Source: Eledone cirrhosa (lineage: Eukaryota). Taken from it: DNA of 64,000 bases. The notes below the pieces were generated by a model that was given only the letters and a program-made list of their open reading frames with translations, was not told the DNA's origin and ran no database searches. This document shows, in pieces, positions 52,078 through 64,000 of the stretch; the first letter of the stretch is position 1; each line of letters opens with the position of its first letter. Position numbers and translations under genes: made by a program. The stretch covers positions 20,001 to 84,000 of the forward strand of contig CAXHJY010001640.1 of assembly GCA_964016885.1 (NCBI GenBank), read 5' to 3'.

Positions 52078-52304
52078 ACATATACACACTCACAGGCACG
52101 CAAACACACTTACAAACAAGCATAGGCACGTTCATGTACGGTAGACACACACACACTCACACCCTCTCTCTCTATCTATCTATCTATTTATCTATCTATT
52201 TATCTATCTCTCTCTCTTTCTCCTTAACACACACAACCATATTCTTACCAATTTACCCCAGATCGGGCCATAATTGAAGAAGACAACAACATATTCTATT
52301 AAAA

Positions 52305-52346
<42 letters not shown>

Positions 52347-52606
52347 ACACACACTCTGCAAGCTCCACAATTAAAATTAGTAAACAATAAAAATACACAC
52401 AGTGAACAAATTACGAAAATGTTACTAGGTAAAAGAAATAAAAATGCCTTCGCCGTTTCGGACGTGAGTCATTCATCCAGAATGAATCGACAGCAAGAGA
52501 GAATATGAGAAGAAGTAGAGGATGAGGGAGAAAGGTGGCGTGAGGACGGGAGCTGTGGCCATGAAGGTATGGATGTTTTGATGCTAAGATGGAAGTTGTA
52601 TGAAGT

Positions 52607-55600
52607 AGTGGTGGTGGTGGTGGCTAAATGTGTGTGTCAGTCAGTGGTGGTGGTGTTGGTGGTGGCTAAATGTGTGTGTCAGTCAGTGGTGGTGGTGTTG
52701 GTGGTGGCTAAATGTGTGTGTCAGTCAGTGGTGGTGGTGGCTAAATGTGTGTGTCAGTCAGTGGTGGTGGTGGCTAAATGTGTGTGTCAGTCAGTGGTGG
52801 TGGTGGCTAAATGTTTGTGTCAGTCAGTGGTGGTGGTGTTGGTGGTGGCTAAATGTGTGTGTCAGTCAGTGGTGGTGGTGGCTAAATGTGTGTGTCAGTC
52901 AGTGGTGGTGGTGTTGGTGGTGGCTAAATGTGTGTGTCAGTCAGTGGTGGGGGTGGCTAAATGTGTGTGTCAGTCAGTGGTGGTGGTGGCTAAATGTGTG
53001 TGTCAGTCAGTGTGTGGTTGGTGGCTAAATGTGTGTGTCAGTCAGTGGTGGTGGTGGCTAAATGTTTGTGTCAGTCAGTGGTGGTGGTGTTGGTGGTGGC
53101 TAAATGTGTGTGTCAGTCAGTGGTGGTGGTGGCTAAATGTGTGTGTCAGTCAGTGGTGGTGGTGTTGGGTGGGGCTAAATGTGTGTGTCAGTCAGTGGTG
53201 GTTGGTGGCTAAATGTTTGTGTCAGTCAGTGGTGGTGGTGGCTAAATGTGTGTGTCAGTCAGTGGTGGTGGTGTTGGTGGTGGCTAAATGTGTGTGTCAG
53301 TCAGTGGTGGTGGTGGCTAAATGTGTGTGTCAGTCAGTGGTGGTGGTGGCTAAATGTGTGTGTCAGTCAGTGGTGGTTGGTGGCTAAATGTGTGTGTCAG
53401 TCAGTGGTGGTGGTGGCTAAATGTGTGTGTCAGTCAGTGGTGGGTGGTGGCTAAATGTGTGTGTCAGTCAGTGGTGGTGGTGTTGGTGGTGGCTAAATGT
53501 GTGTGTCAGTCAGTGGTGGTGGTGGCTAAATGTTTGTGTCAGTCAGTGGTGGTGGTGGCTAAATGTGTGTGTCAGTCAGTGGTGGTGGTGGCTAAATGTG
53601 TGTGTCAGTCAGTGGTGGTGGTGGCTAAATGTGTGTGTCAGTCAGTGGTGGTGGTGGCTAAATGTGTGTGTCAGTCAGTGGTGGTGGTGGCTAAATGTGT
53701 GTGTCAGTCAGTGGTGGTGGTGGCTAAATGTGTGTGTCAGTCAGTGGTGGTGGTGGCTAAATGTGTGTGTCAGTCAGTGGTGGTGGTGGCTAAATGTGTG
53801 TGTCAGTCAGTGGTGGTGGTGTTGGTGGTGGCTAAATGTGTGTGTCAGTCAGTGGTGGTGGTGGCTAAATGTGTGTGTCAGTCAGTGGTGGTGGTGGCTA
53901 AATGTTTGTGTCAGTCAGTGGTGGTTGGTGGCTAAATGTGTGTGTCAGTCAGTGGTGGTGGTGTTGGTGGTGGCTAAATGTGTGTGTCAGTCAGTGGTGG
54001 TGGTGGCTAAATGTTTGTGTCAGTCAGTGGTGGTGGTGTTGGTGGTGGCTAAATGTGTGTGTCAGTCAGTGGTGGTGGTGTTGGTGGTGGCTAAATGTTT
54101 GTGTCAGTCAGTGGTGGTGGTGGCTAAATGTGTGTGTCAGTCAGTGGTGGTGGTGTTGGTGGTGGCTAAATGTGTGTGTCAGTCAGTGGTGGTGGTTGGC
54201 TAAATGTGTGTGTCAGTCAGTGGTGGTGGTGGCTAAATTGTTTGTGTCAGTCAGTGGTGGTGGTGGCTAAATGTGTGTGTCAGTCAGTGGTGGTGGTGGC
54301 TAAATGTGTGTGTCAGTCAGTGGTGGTGGTGGCTAAATGTTTGTGTCAGTCAGTGGTGGTGGTGGCTAAATGTGTGTGTCAGTCAGTGGTGGTGGTGGCT
54401 AAATGTGTGTGTCAGTCAGTGGTGGTGGTGGCTAAATGTGTGTGTCAGTCAGTGGTGGTGGTGTTGGTGGTGGCTAAATGTGTGTGTCAGTCAGTGGTGG
54501 TGGTGGCTAAATGTGTGTGTCAGTCAGTGGTGGTGGTGGCTAAATGTGTGTGTCAGTCAGTGGTGGTGGTGGCTAAATGTGTGTGTCAGTCAGTGGTGGT
54601 GGTGGCTAAATGTGTGTGTCAGTCAGTGGTGGTGGTGGCTAAATGTGTGTGTCAGTCAGTGGTGGTGGTGGCTAAATGTGTGTGTCAGTCAGTGGTGGTG
54701 GTGGCTAAATGTGTGTGTCAGTCAGTGGTGGTGGTGGCTAAATGTGTGTGTCAGTCAGTGGTGGTGGTGGCTAAATGTGTGTGTCAGTCAGTGGTGGTGG
54801 TGGCTAAATGTGTGTGTCAGTCAGTGGTGGTGGTGGCTAAATGTGTGTGTCAGTCAGTGGTGGGTGGTGGTGGCTAAATGTGTGTGTCAGTCAGTGGTGG
54901 TGTGGTGTGGCTAAATGTGTGTGTCAGTCAGTGGTGGTGGTGGCTAAATGTGTGTGTCAGTCAGTGGTGGTGGTGTGGTGGTGGCTAAATGTGTGTGTCA
55001 GTCAGTGGTGGTGGTGGCTAAATGTGTGTGTCAGTCAGTGGGTGGTGGGTGGCTAAATGTGTGTGTCAGTCAGTGGTGGTGGTGGCTAAATGTGTGTGTC
55101 AGTCAGTGGTGGTGGTGGCTAAATGTGTGTGTCAGTCAGTGGTGGTGGTGGCTAAATGTGTGTGTCAGTCAGTGGTGGTGGTGGCTAAATGTGTGTGTCA
55201 GTCAGTGGTGGTGGTGGCTAAATGTGTGTGTCAGTCAGTGGTGGTGGTGGCTAAATGTTTGTGTCAGTCAGTGGTGGTGGTGGCTAAATGTGTGTGTCAG
55301 TCAGTGGTGGTGGTGGCTAAATGTGTGTGTCAGTCAGTGGTGGTGGTGGCTAAATGTGTGTGTCAGTCAGTGGTGGTGGTGGCTAAATGTGTGTGTCAGT
55401 CAGTGGTGGTGGTGTGGTGGTGGCTAAATGTGTGTGTCAGTCAGTGGTGGTGGTGGCTAAATGTGTGTGTCAGTCAGTGGTGGGTGGTGGCTAAATGTGT
55501 GTGTCAGTCAGTGGTGGTGGTGGCTAAATGTGTGTGTCAGTCAGTGGTGGTGGTGGCTAAATGTGTGTGTCAGTCAGTGGTGGTGGTGGCTAAATGTGTG

Positions 55601-58600
55601 TGTCAGTCAGTGGTGGTGGTTGGTGGTGGCTAAATGTGTGTGTCAGTCAGTGGTGGTGGTGGCTAAATGTGTGTGTCAGTCAGTGGTGGTGGTGGCTAAA
55701 TGTGTGTGTCAGTCAGTGGGTGGTGGTGGCTAAATGTGTGTGTCAGTCAGTGGTGGTGGTGGCTAAATGTGTGTGTCAGTCAGTGGTGGTGGTGGCTAAA
55801 TGTGTGTGTCAGTCAGTGGTGGTGGTGGTGGTGGCTAAATGTGTGTGTCAGTCAGTGGTGGTGGTGGCTAAATGTGTGTGTCAGTCAGTGGGGTGTGGTG
55901 GTGGCTAAATGTGTGTGTCAGTCAGTGGTGGTGGGTGGCTAAATGTGTGTGTCAGTCAGTGGTGGTGGTGTTGGTGGTGGCTAAATGTGTGTGTCAGTCA
56001 GTGGTGGTGGTGGTGGCTAAATGTGTGTGTCAGTCAGTGGTGGGTGGTGGCTAAATGTGTGTGTCAGTCAGTGGTGGTGGTGTTGGTGGTGGCTAAATGT
56101 GTGTGTCAGTCAGTGGTGGTGGTGGTGGCTAAATGTGTGTGTCAGTCAGTGGTGGGTGGTGGGCTAAATGTGTGTGTCAGTCAGTGGTGGTGGTGGTGGC
56201 TAAATGTGTGTGTCAGTCAGTGGTGGTGGTGGCTAAATGTGTGTGTCAGTCAGTGGTGGTGGTGGCTAAATGTGTGTGTCAGTCAGTGGTGGTGGTGGCT
56301 AAATGTGTGTGTCAGTCAGTGGTGGTGGTGGCTAAATGTGTGTGTCAGTCAGTGGTGGTGGTGGCTAAATGTGTGTGTCAGTCAGTGGTGGTGGTGGTGG
56401 CTAAATGTGTGTGTCAGTCAGTGGTGGTGGTGGCTAAATGTGTGTGTCAGTCAGTGGTGGTGGTGTTGGTGGTGGCTAAATGTGTGTGTCAGTCAGTGGT
56501 GGTGTTGGTGGTGGCTAAATGTGTGTGTCAGTCAGTGGTGTGGTGTGGTGGTGCTAAATGTGTGTGTCAGTCAGTGGTGGTGGTGTTGGTGGTGGCTAAA
56601 TGTGTGTGTCAGTCAGTGGTGGTGGTGGCTAAATGTGTGTGTCAGTCAGTGGTGGTGGTGGCTAAATGTGTGTGTCAGTCAGTGGTGGTGGTGTTGGTGG
56701 TGGCTAAATGTGTGTGTCAGTCAGTGGGTGGTGGTGGCTAAATGTGTGTGTCAGTCAGTGGTGGTGGTGGCTAAATGTGTGTGTCAGTCAGTGGTGGTGG
56801 TGTTGGTGGTGGCTAAATGTGTGTGTCAGTCAGTGGTGGTGGGGCTAAATGTGTGTGTCAGTCAGTGGTGGTGTGGTGGCTAAATGTGTGTGTCAGTCAG
56901 TGGTTGGTGGTGGCTAAATGTGTGTGTCAGTCAGTGGTGGTGGTGTTGGTGGTGGCTAAATGTGTGTGTCAGTCAGTGGTGGGTGGTGGCTAAATGTGTG
57001 TGTCAGTCAGTGGTGGTGGTGTTGGTGGTGGCTAAATGTGTGTGTCAGTCAGTGGTGGTGGTGTTGGTGGTGGCTAAATGTGTGTGTCAGTCAGTGGTGG
57101 TGGGTGGCTAAATGTGTGTGTCAGTCAGTGGTGGTGTGGTGGCTAAATGTGTGTGTCAGTCAGTGGTGGTGGTGGCTAAATGTGTGTGTCAGTCAGGGTG
57201 GTGGCTAATGTGTGTGTCAGTCAGTGGTGGTGGTGGTGGCTAAATGTGTGTGTCAGTCAGTGGTGGTGTGGTGGCTAAATGTGTGTGTCAGTCAGTGGTG
57301 GTGGTTGGTGGCTAAATGTGTGTGTCAGTCAGTGGTGGTGGTGGCTAAATGTGTGTGTCAGTCAGTGGTGGTTGGGTGGGCTAAATGTGTGTGTCAGTCA
57401 GTGGTGGTGGTGGCTAAATGTGTGTGTCAGTCAGTGGTGGTTGGTGGTGGCTAAATGTGTGTGTCAGTCAGTGGTGGTGGTGTTGGTGGTGGCTAAATGT
57501 GTGTGTCAGTCAGTGGTGGTGGTGGCTAAATGTGTGTGTCAGTCAGTGGTGGTGGTGGCTAAATGTGTGTGTCAGTCAGTGGTGTGTTGGTGTGGCTAAA
57601 TGTGTGTGTCAGTCAGTGGTGGTGGTGGCTAAATGTGTGTGTCAGTCAGTGGTGGTGGTGTCGGTGGTGGCTAAATGTGTGTGTCAGTCAGTGGTGGTGG
57701 TGTTGTGGTGGCTAAATGTGTGTGTCAGTCAGTGGTGGTGGCTAAATGTGTGTGTCAGTCAGTGGTGGTGGTGGCTAAATGTGTGTGTCAGTCAGTGGTG
57801 GTGGTGTTGGTGGTGGCTAAATGTGTGTGTCAGTCAGTGGTGGTGGTGGCTAAATGTGTGTGTCAGTCAGTGTGGTGGTTGGTGGTGGCTAAATGTGTGT
57901 GTCAGTCAGTGGTGGGTGTGTGGCTAAATGTGTGTGTCAGTCAGTGGTGGTGGTGGCTAAATGTGTGTGTCAGTCAGTGGTGGTGGTGGCTAAATGTGTG
58001 TGTCAGTCAGTGGTGTGGTGTTGGTGGTGGCTAAATGTGTGTGTCAGTCAGTGGTGGTGGTGTTGGTGGCTAAATGTGTGTGTCAGTCAGTGGTGGTGGT
58101 GTTGGTGGTGGCTAAATGTGTGTGTCAGTCAGTGGTGGTGGTGGCTAAATGTGTGTGTCAGTCAGTGGTGGTGGTGGCTAAATGTGTGTGTCAGTCAGTG
58201 GTGGTGGTGGCTAAATGTGTGTGTCAGTCAGTGGTGGGTGGTGGTGGCTAAATGTGTGTGTCAGTCAGTGGTGGTGGTGTTGAGTGGTGGCTAAATGTGT
58301 GTGTCAGTCAGTGGTGTGGTGTTGGTGGTGGCTAAATGTGTGTGTCAGTCAGTGGTGGTGGTGGCTAAATGTGTGTGTCAGTCAGTGGTGGTGGTGGCTA
58401 AATGTGTGTGTCAGTCAGTGGTGGTGGTGGCTAAATGTGTGTGTCAGTCAGTGGTGGTGGTGGTGGCTAAATGTGTGTGTCAGTCAGTGGTGGGTGGGTG
58501 GCTAAATGTGTGTGTCAGTCAGTGGTGGTGGTGGCTAAATGTGTGTGTCAGTCAGTGGTGGTGGTGGCTAAATGTGTGTGTCAGTCAGTGGTGGTGGTGT

Positions 58601-61600
58601 TGGTGGTGGCTAAATGTGTGTGTCAGTCAGTGGTGGTGGTGGCTAAATGTGTGTGTCAGTCAGTGGTGGTGGCTAAATGTGTGTGTCAGTCAGTGGTGGT
58701 GGTGGCTAAATGTGTGTGTCAGTCAGTGGTGGTGGTGGCTAATGTGTGTGTCAGTCAGTGGTGGTGGTGGCTAAATGTGTGTGTCAGTCAGTGGTGGGTG
58801 GTGGGCTAAATGTGTGTGTCAGTCAGTGGTGGTGGTGGCTAAATGTGTGTGTCAGTCAGTGGTGGTGGTGGCTAAATGTGTGTGTCAGTCAGTGGTGGTG
58901 GTTTCAGTGTGGTGGTGGCTAAATGTGTGTGTCAGTCAGTGGTGGTGGTGTTGGTGGTGGCTAAATGTGTGTGTCAGTCAGTGGTGGTGGTGGCTAAATG
59001 TGTGTGTCAGTCAGTGGTGGTGGTGGCTAAATGTGTGTGTCAGTCAGTGGTGGTGGTGGCTAAATGTGTGTGTCAGTCAGTGGTGGTGGTGGCTAAATGT
59101 GTGTGTCAGTCAGTGGTGGTGTGTGGTGGCTAAATGTGTGTGTCAGTCAGTGGTGGTGGTGGCTAAATGTGTGTGTCAGTCAGTGGTGGTGTGGTGGCTA
59201 AATGTGTGTGTCAGTCAGTGGTGGTGGTGGCTAAATGTGTGTGTCAGTCAGTGGTGGTGGTGGCTAAATGTGTGTGTCAGTCAGTGGTGGTGGTGGCTAA
59301 ATGTGTGTGTCAGTCAGTGGTGGTGGTGTTGGTGGTGGCTAAATGTGTGTGTCAGTCAGTGGTGGTGGTGGCTAAATGTGTGTGTCAGTCAGTGGTGGTG
59401 GTGGCTAAATGGTGTGTCAGTCAGTGGTGGTGGTGGCTAAATGTGTGTGTCAGTCAGTGGTGGTGGTGGCTAAATGTGTGTGTCAGTCAGTGGTGGTGGG
59501 TGGCTAAATGTGTGTGTCAGTCAGTGGTGGTGGTTGGGTGGCTAAATGTGTGTGTCAGTCAGTGGTGGTGGTGTTGGTGGTGGCTAAATGTGTGTGTCAG
59601 TCAGTGGTGGTGGTGGCTAAATGTGTGTGTCAGTCAGTGGTGGGTTGGTGGTGGCTAAATGTGTGTGTCAGTCAGTGGTGGTGGTGGCTAAATGTGTGTG
59701 TCAGTCAGTGGTGGTGGTGTGGTGGTGGCTAAATGTGTGTGTCAGTCAGTGGTGGTGGTGTGGCTAAATGTGTGTGTCAGTCAGTGGTGGTGGTGGCTAA
59801 ATGTGTGTGTCAGTCAGTGGTGGTGGTGGCTAAATGTGTGTGTCAGTCAGTGGTGGTGGTGGCTAAATGTGTGTGTCAGTCAGGGTGGTGGTGGTGGTGG
59901 CTAAATGTGTGTGTCAGTCAGTGGTGGTGGTGGTGGCTAAATGTGTGTGTCAGTCAGTGGTGGTGGTGTTGGTGGTGGCTAAATGTGTGTGTCAGTCAGT
60001 GGTGGTGGTGGCTAAATGTGTGTGTCAGTCAGTGGTGGTTGGTGGCTAAATGTGTGTGTCAGTCAGTGGTGGGGGTGGTGGTGGCTAAATGTGTGTGTCA
60101 GTCAGTGGTGGTGGTGGCTAAATGTGTGTGTCAGTCAGTGGTGGTGGTGTTGGTGGTGGCTAAATGTGTGTGTCAGTCAGTGGTGGTGGTGGCTAAATGT
60201 GTGTGTCAGTCAGTGGTGGTGGTGTTGGTGGTGGCTAAATGTGTGTGTCAGTCAGTGGTGGTGGTGGCTAAATGTGTGTGTCAGTCAGTGGTGGTGGTGG
60301 CTAAATGTGTGTGTCAGTCAGTGGTGGTGGTGGCTAAATGTGTGTGTCAGTCAGTGGTGGTGGTGGCTAATGTGTGGTCAGTCAGTGGTGGTGTGGCTAA
60401 ATGTGTGTGTCAGTCAGTGTGGTGGTGGCTAAATGTGTGTGTCAGTCAGTGGTGGTGGTGGCTAAATGTGTGTGTCAGTCAGTGGTGGTGGTGGCTAAAT
60501 GTGTGTGTCAGTCAGTGGTGGTGGTGTGGTGGTGGCTAAATGTGTGTGTCAGTCAGTGGTGGTGGTGTGGTGGTGGCTAAATGTGTGTGTCAGTCAGTGG
60601 TGGTGGTGGCTAAATGTGTGTGTCAGTCAGTGGTGGTGGTGTTGGTGGTGGCTAAATGTGTGTGTCAGTCAGTGGTGGTGGTGTTGGTGTGGCTAAATGT
60701 GTGTGTCAGTCAGTGGTGGTGGTGTTGGTGGGCTAAATGTGTGTGTCAGTCAGTGGTGGTGGTGGCTAAATGTGTGTGTCAGTCAGTGGTGGTGGTGTTG
60801 GTGGTGGCTAAATGTGTGTGTCAGTCAGTGGTGGTGGTGGCTAAATGTGTGTGTCAGTCAGTGGTGGTGGTGGGCTAAATGTGTGTGTCAGTCAGTGGTG
60901 GTGGTGGCTAAATGTGTGTGTCAGTCAGTGTGGTGGTGTGGTGGCTAAATGTGTGTGTCAGTCAGTGGTGGTGTGGTGGTGGCTAAATGTGTGTGTCAGT
61001 CAGTGGTGGTGGTGGCTAAATGTGTGTGTCAGTCAGTGGGTGGTGGTGGCTAAATGTGTGTGTCAGTCAGTGGTGGTGGTGTTGGTGGTGGCTAAATGTG
61101 TGTGTCAGTCAGTGGTGGTGGTGTTGGTGGTGGCTAAATGTGTGTGTCAGTCAGTGGGTGGTGGTGGCTAAATGTGTGTGTCAGTCAGTGGTGGTGGTGT
61201 TGGTGGTGGCTAAATGTGTGTGTCAGTCAGTGGTGGTGGTGGCTAAATGTGTGTGTCAGTCAGTGGTGGTGTGTTGGTGGTGGCTAAATGTGTGTGTCAG
61301 TCAGTGGTGGTTGGTGGTGCTAAATGTGTGTGTCAGTCAGTGGTGGTGGTGGCTAAATGTGTTGTGTCAGTCAGTGGTGGTGGTGGCTAAATGTGTGTGT
61401 CAGTCAGTGGTGGTGGTGTTGGTGGTGGCTAAATGTGTGTGTCAGTCAGTGGTGGGTTGGTGGTGCTAAATGTGTGTGTCAGTCAGTGGTGGTGGTGGTG
61501 GCTAAATGTGTGTGTCAGTCAGTGGTGGTGGTGTTGGTGGTGGCTAAATGTGTGTGTCAGTCAGTGTGGTGGTGGTGGCTAAATGTGTGTGTCAGTCAGT

Positions 61601-64000
61601 GGTGGTGGTGGCTAAATGTGTGTGTCAGTCAGTGGTGGTGGTGGCTAAATGTGTGTGTCAGTCAGTGGTGGTGGTGTTGGTGGTGGCTAAATGTGTGTGT
61701 CAGTCAGTGGTGGTGGTGTTGGTGGTGGCTAAATGTGTGTGTCAGTCAGTGGTGGTGGTGGCTAAATGTGTTGTGTCAGTCAGTGGTGGTGGTGGCTAAA
61801 TGTGTGTGTCAGTCAGTGGTGGTGGTGTTGGTGGTGGCTAAATGTGTGTGTCAGTCAGTGGTGGTGGTGTTGGTGGTGGCTAAATGTGTGTGTCAGTCAG
61901 TGGTGGTGGTGGTGGCTAAATGTTGTGTGTCAGTCAGTGGTGTGGTGTTGGTGGTGGCTAAATGTGTGTGTCAGTCAGTGGTGGTGGTGGCTAAATGTGT
62001 GTGTCAGTCAGTGGTGGTGGTGTTGGTGGTGGCTAAATGTGTGTGTCAGTCAGTGGTGGTGGTGTGGTGGTGGCTAAATGTGTGTGTCAGTCAGTGGTGG
62101 GTGGTGGGCTAAATGTGTGTGTCAGTCAGTGGTGGTGGTGTTGGTGGTGGCTAAATGTGTGTGTCAGTCAGTGGTGGTTGGTGGCTAAATGTGTGTGTCA
62201 GTCAGTGGTGGTGGTGGCTAAATGTGTGTGTCAGTCAGTGGTGTGGGCTAATGTGTGTGTCAGTCAGTGGTGGTGGTGGCTAAATGTGTGTGTCAGTCAG
62301 TGGTGGTGGTGTTGGTGGTGGCTAAATGTGTGTGTCAGTCAGTGGTGGTGGTGGCTAAATGTGTGTGTCAGTCAGTGGTGGTGGTGGGCTAAATGTGTGT
62401 GTCAGTCAGTGGTGGTGTGTTGGTGGCTAAATGTGTGTGTCAGTCAGTGGTGGTGGTGTTGGTGGTGGCTAAATGTGTGTGTCAGTCAGTGGTGGTGGTG
62501 TTGGTGGTGGCTAAATGTGTGTGTCAGTCAGTGGTGGTGGTGGCTAAATGTGTGTGTCAGTCAGTGGTGGTGGTGTTGGTGGTGGCTAAATGTGTGTGTC
62601 AGTCAGTGGTGGTGGTGGTGGCTAAATGTGTGTGTCAGTCAGTGGTGGTGGTGGCTAAATGTGTGTGTCAGTCAGTGGTGGTGGTGGCTAAATGTGTGTG
62701 TCAGTCAGTGGTGGTGGTGTTGGTGGTGGCTAAATGTGTGTGTCAGTCAGTGGTGGTGGTGGCTAAATGTGTGTGTCAGTCAGTGGTGGTGGTGGCTAAA
62801 TGTGTGTGTCAGTCAGTGGTGGTGGTGTTGGTGGTGGCTAAATGTGTGTGTCAGTCAGTGGTGGTGGTGTTGGTGGTGGCTAAATGTGTGTGTCAGTCAG
62901 TGGTGGTGGTGGCTAAATGTGTGTGTCAGTCAGTGGTGGTGGTGGCTAAATGTGTGTGTCAGTCAGTGGTGGTGGTGTTGGTGGTGGCTAAATGTGTGTG
63001 TCAGTCAGTGGTGGTGGTGGCTAAATGTGTGTGTCAGTCAGTGGTGGTGGTGGCTAAATGTGTGTGTCAGTCAGTGGTGGTGGTGGCTAAATGTGTGTGT
63101 CAGTCAGTGGTGGTGGTGGCTAAATGTGTCAGTCAGTGGTGGTGGTGGCTAAATGTGTGTGTCAGTCAGTGGTGGTGTGGTGGCTAAATGTGTGTGTCAG
63201 TCAGTGGTGGTGGTGTTGGTGGTGGCTAAATGTGTGTGTCAGTCAGTGGTGGTGTGTGGTGGCTAAATGTGTGTGTCAGTCAGTGGTGGTGGTGTTGGTG
63301 GTGGCTAAATGTGTGTGTCAGTCAGTGGTGGTGTTGGTGGTGGCTAAATGTGTGTGTCAGTCAGTGGTGGTGGTGGCTAAATGTGTGTGTCAGTCAGTGG
63401 GTGGTGGTGGCTAAATGTGTGTGTCAGTCAGTGGTGGTGGTGTGGTGGTGGCTAAATGTGTGTGTCAGTCAGTGGTGGTGGTGGGCTAAATGTGTGTGTC
63501 AGTCAGGTGGTGCTGTGGTGGTGGCTAAATGTGTGTGTCAGTCAGTGGTGGTGGTGTTGGTGGTGGCTAAATGTGTGTGTCAGTCAGTGGTGGTGGTGTT
63601 GGTGGTGGCTAAATGTGTGTGTCAGTCAGTGGTGGTGGTGTTGGTGGTGGCTAAATGTGTGTGTCAGTCAGTGGTGGTGGTGGCTAAATGTGTGTGTCAG
63701 TCAGTGGTGGTGGTGTTGTGGTGGCTAAATGTGTGTGTCAGTCAGTGGTGGTGGTGGCTAAATGTGTGTGTCAGTCAGTGGTGGTGGTGGCTAAATGTGT
63801 GTGTCAGTCAGTGTGGTGGTGTTGGTGGGGCTAAATGTGTGTGTCAGTCAGTGGTGGTGGTGGCTAAATGTGTGTGTCAGTCAGTGGTGGGTTGGTGGGC
63901 TAAATGTGTGTGTCAGTCAGTGGTGGTGTGTTGGTGGTGGCTAAATGTGTGTGTCAGTCAGTGGTGGGTGGTGGCTAAATGTGTGTGTCAGTCAGTGGTG
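52607..64000. repeat. Satellite array, 33 bp unit GGCTAAATGTGTGTGTCAGTCAGTGGTGGTGGT with 42 bp variant (+GTTGGTGGT)
   Basis: Continuous array of more than 11.3 kb running off the window end. Confidence 0.97.

Noticed and set aside
52607-64000. Telomeric repeat
   Set aside because: No (TTAGGG)n; complex 33 bp unit

Overview
AT-rich, microsatellite-dense eukaryotic DNA, most likely an octopus genome (OR-type tRNA-SINEs, RTE LINE with Cys/His finger). The only host coding sequence I can support is two in-phase exons of a + strand GH18 chitinase-family gene (19942-20104, 24902-24995; intact [11 protein letters not shown] motif), apparently in very large introns. The rest is degenerate RTE and CR1-type LINEs, four Penelope-like (PLE) remnants, SINEs, MITEs, and two ~12 kb satellites (52-54 bp unit at 31501-43486; 33/42 bp unit at 52607-end). 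The most striking signal is RNA structure. Nine recognisable type I hammerhead motifs from five sequence families sit beside microsatellites. In addition, two diverged copies (470-544, 7625-7699) of a ~565 bp circularly permuted repeat carry hammerhead core strands in a rearranged, pseudoknotted order with a kink-turn, supported by compensatory changes. All RNA folds were derived by eye and are untested.
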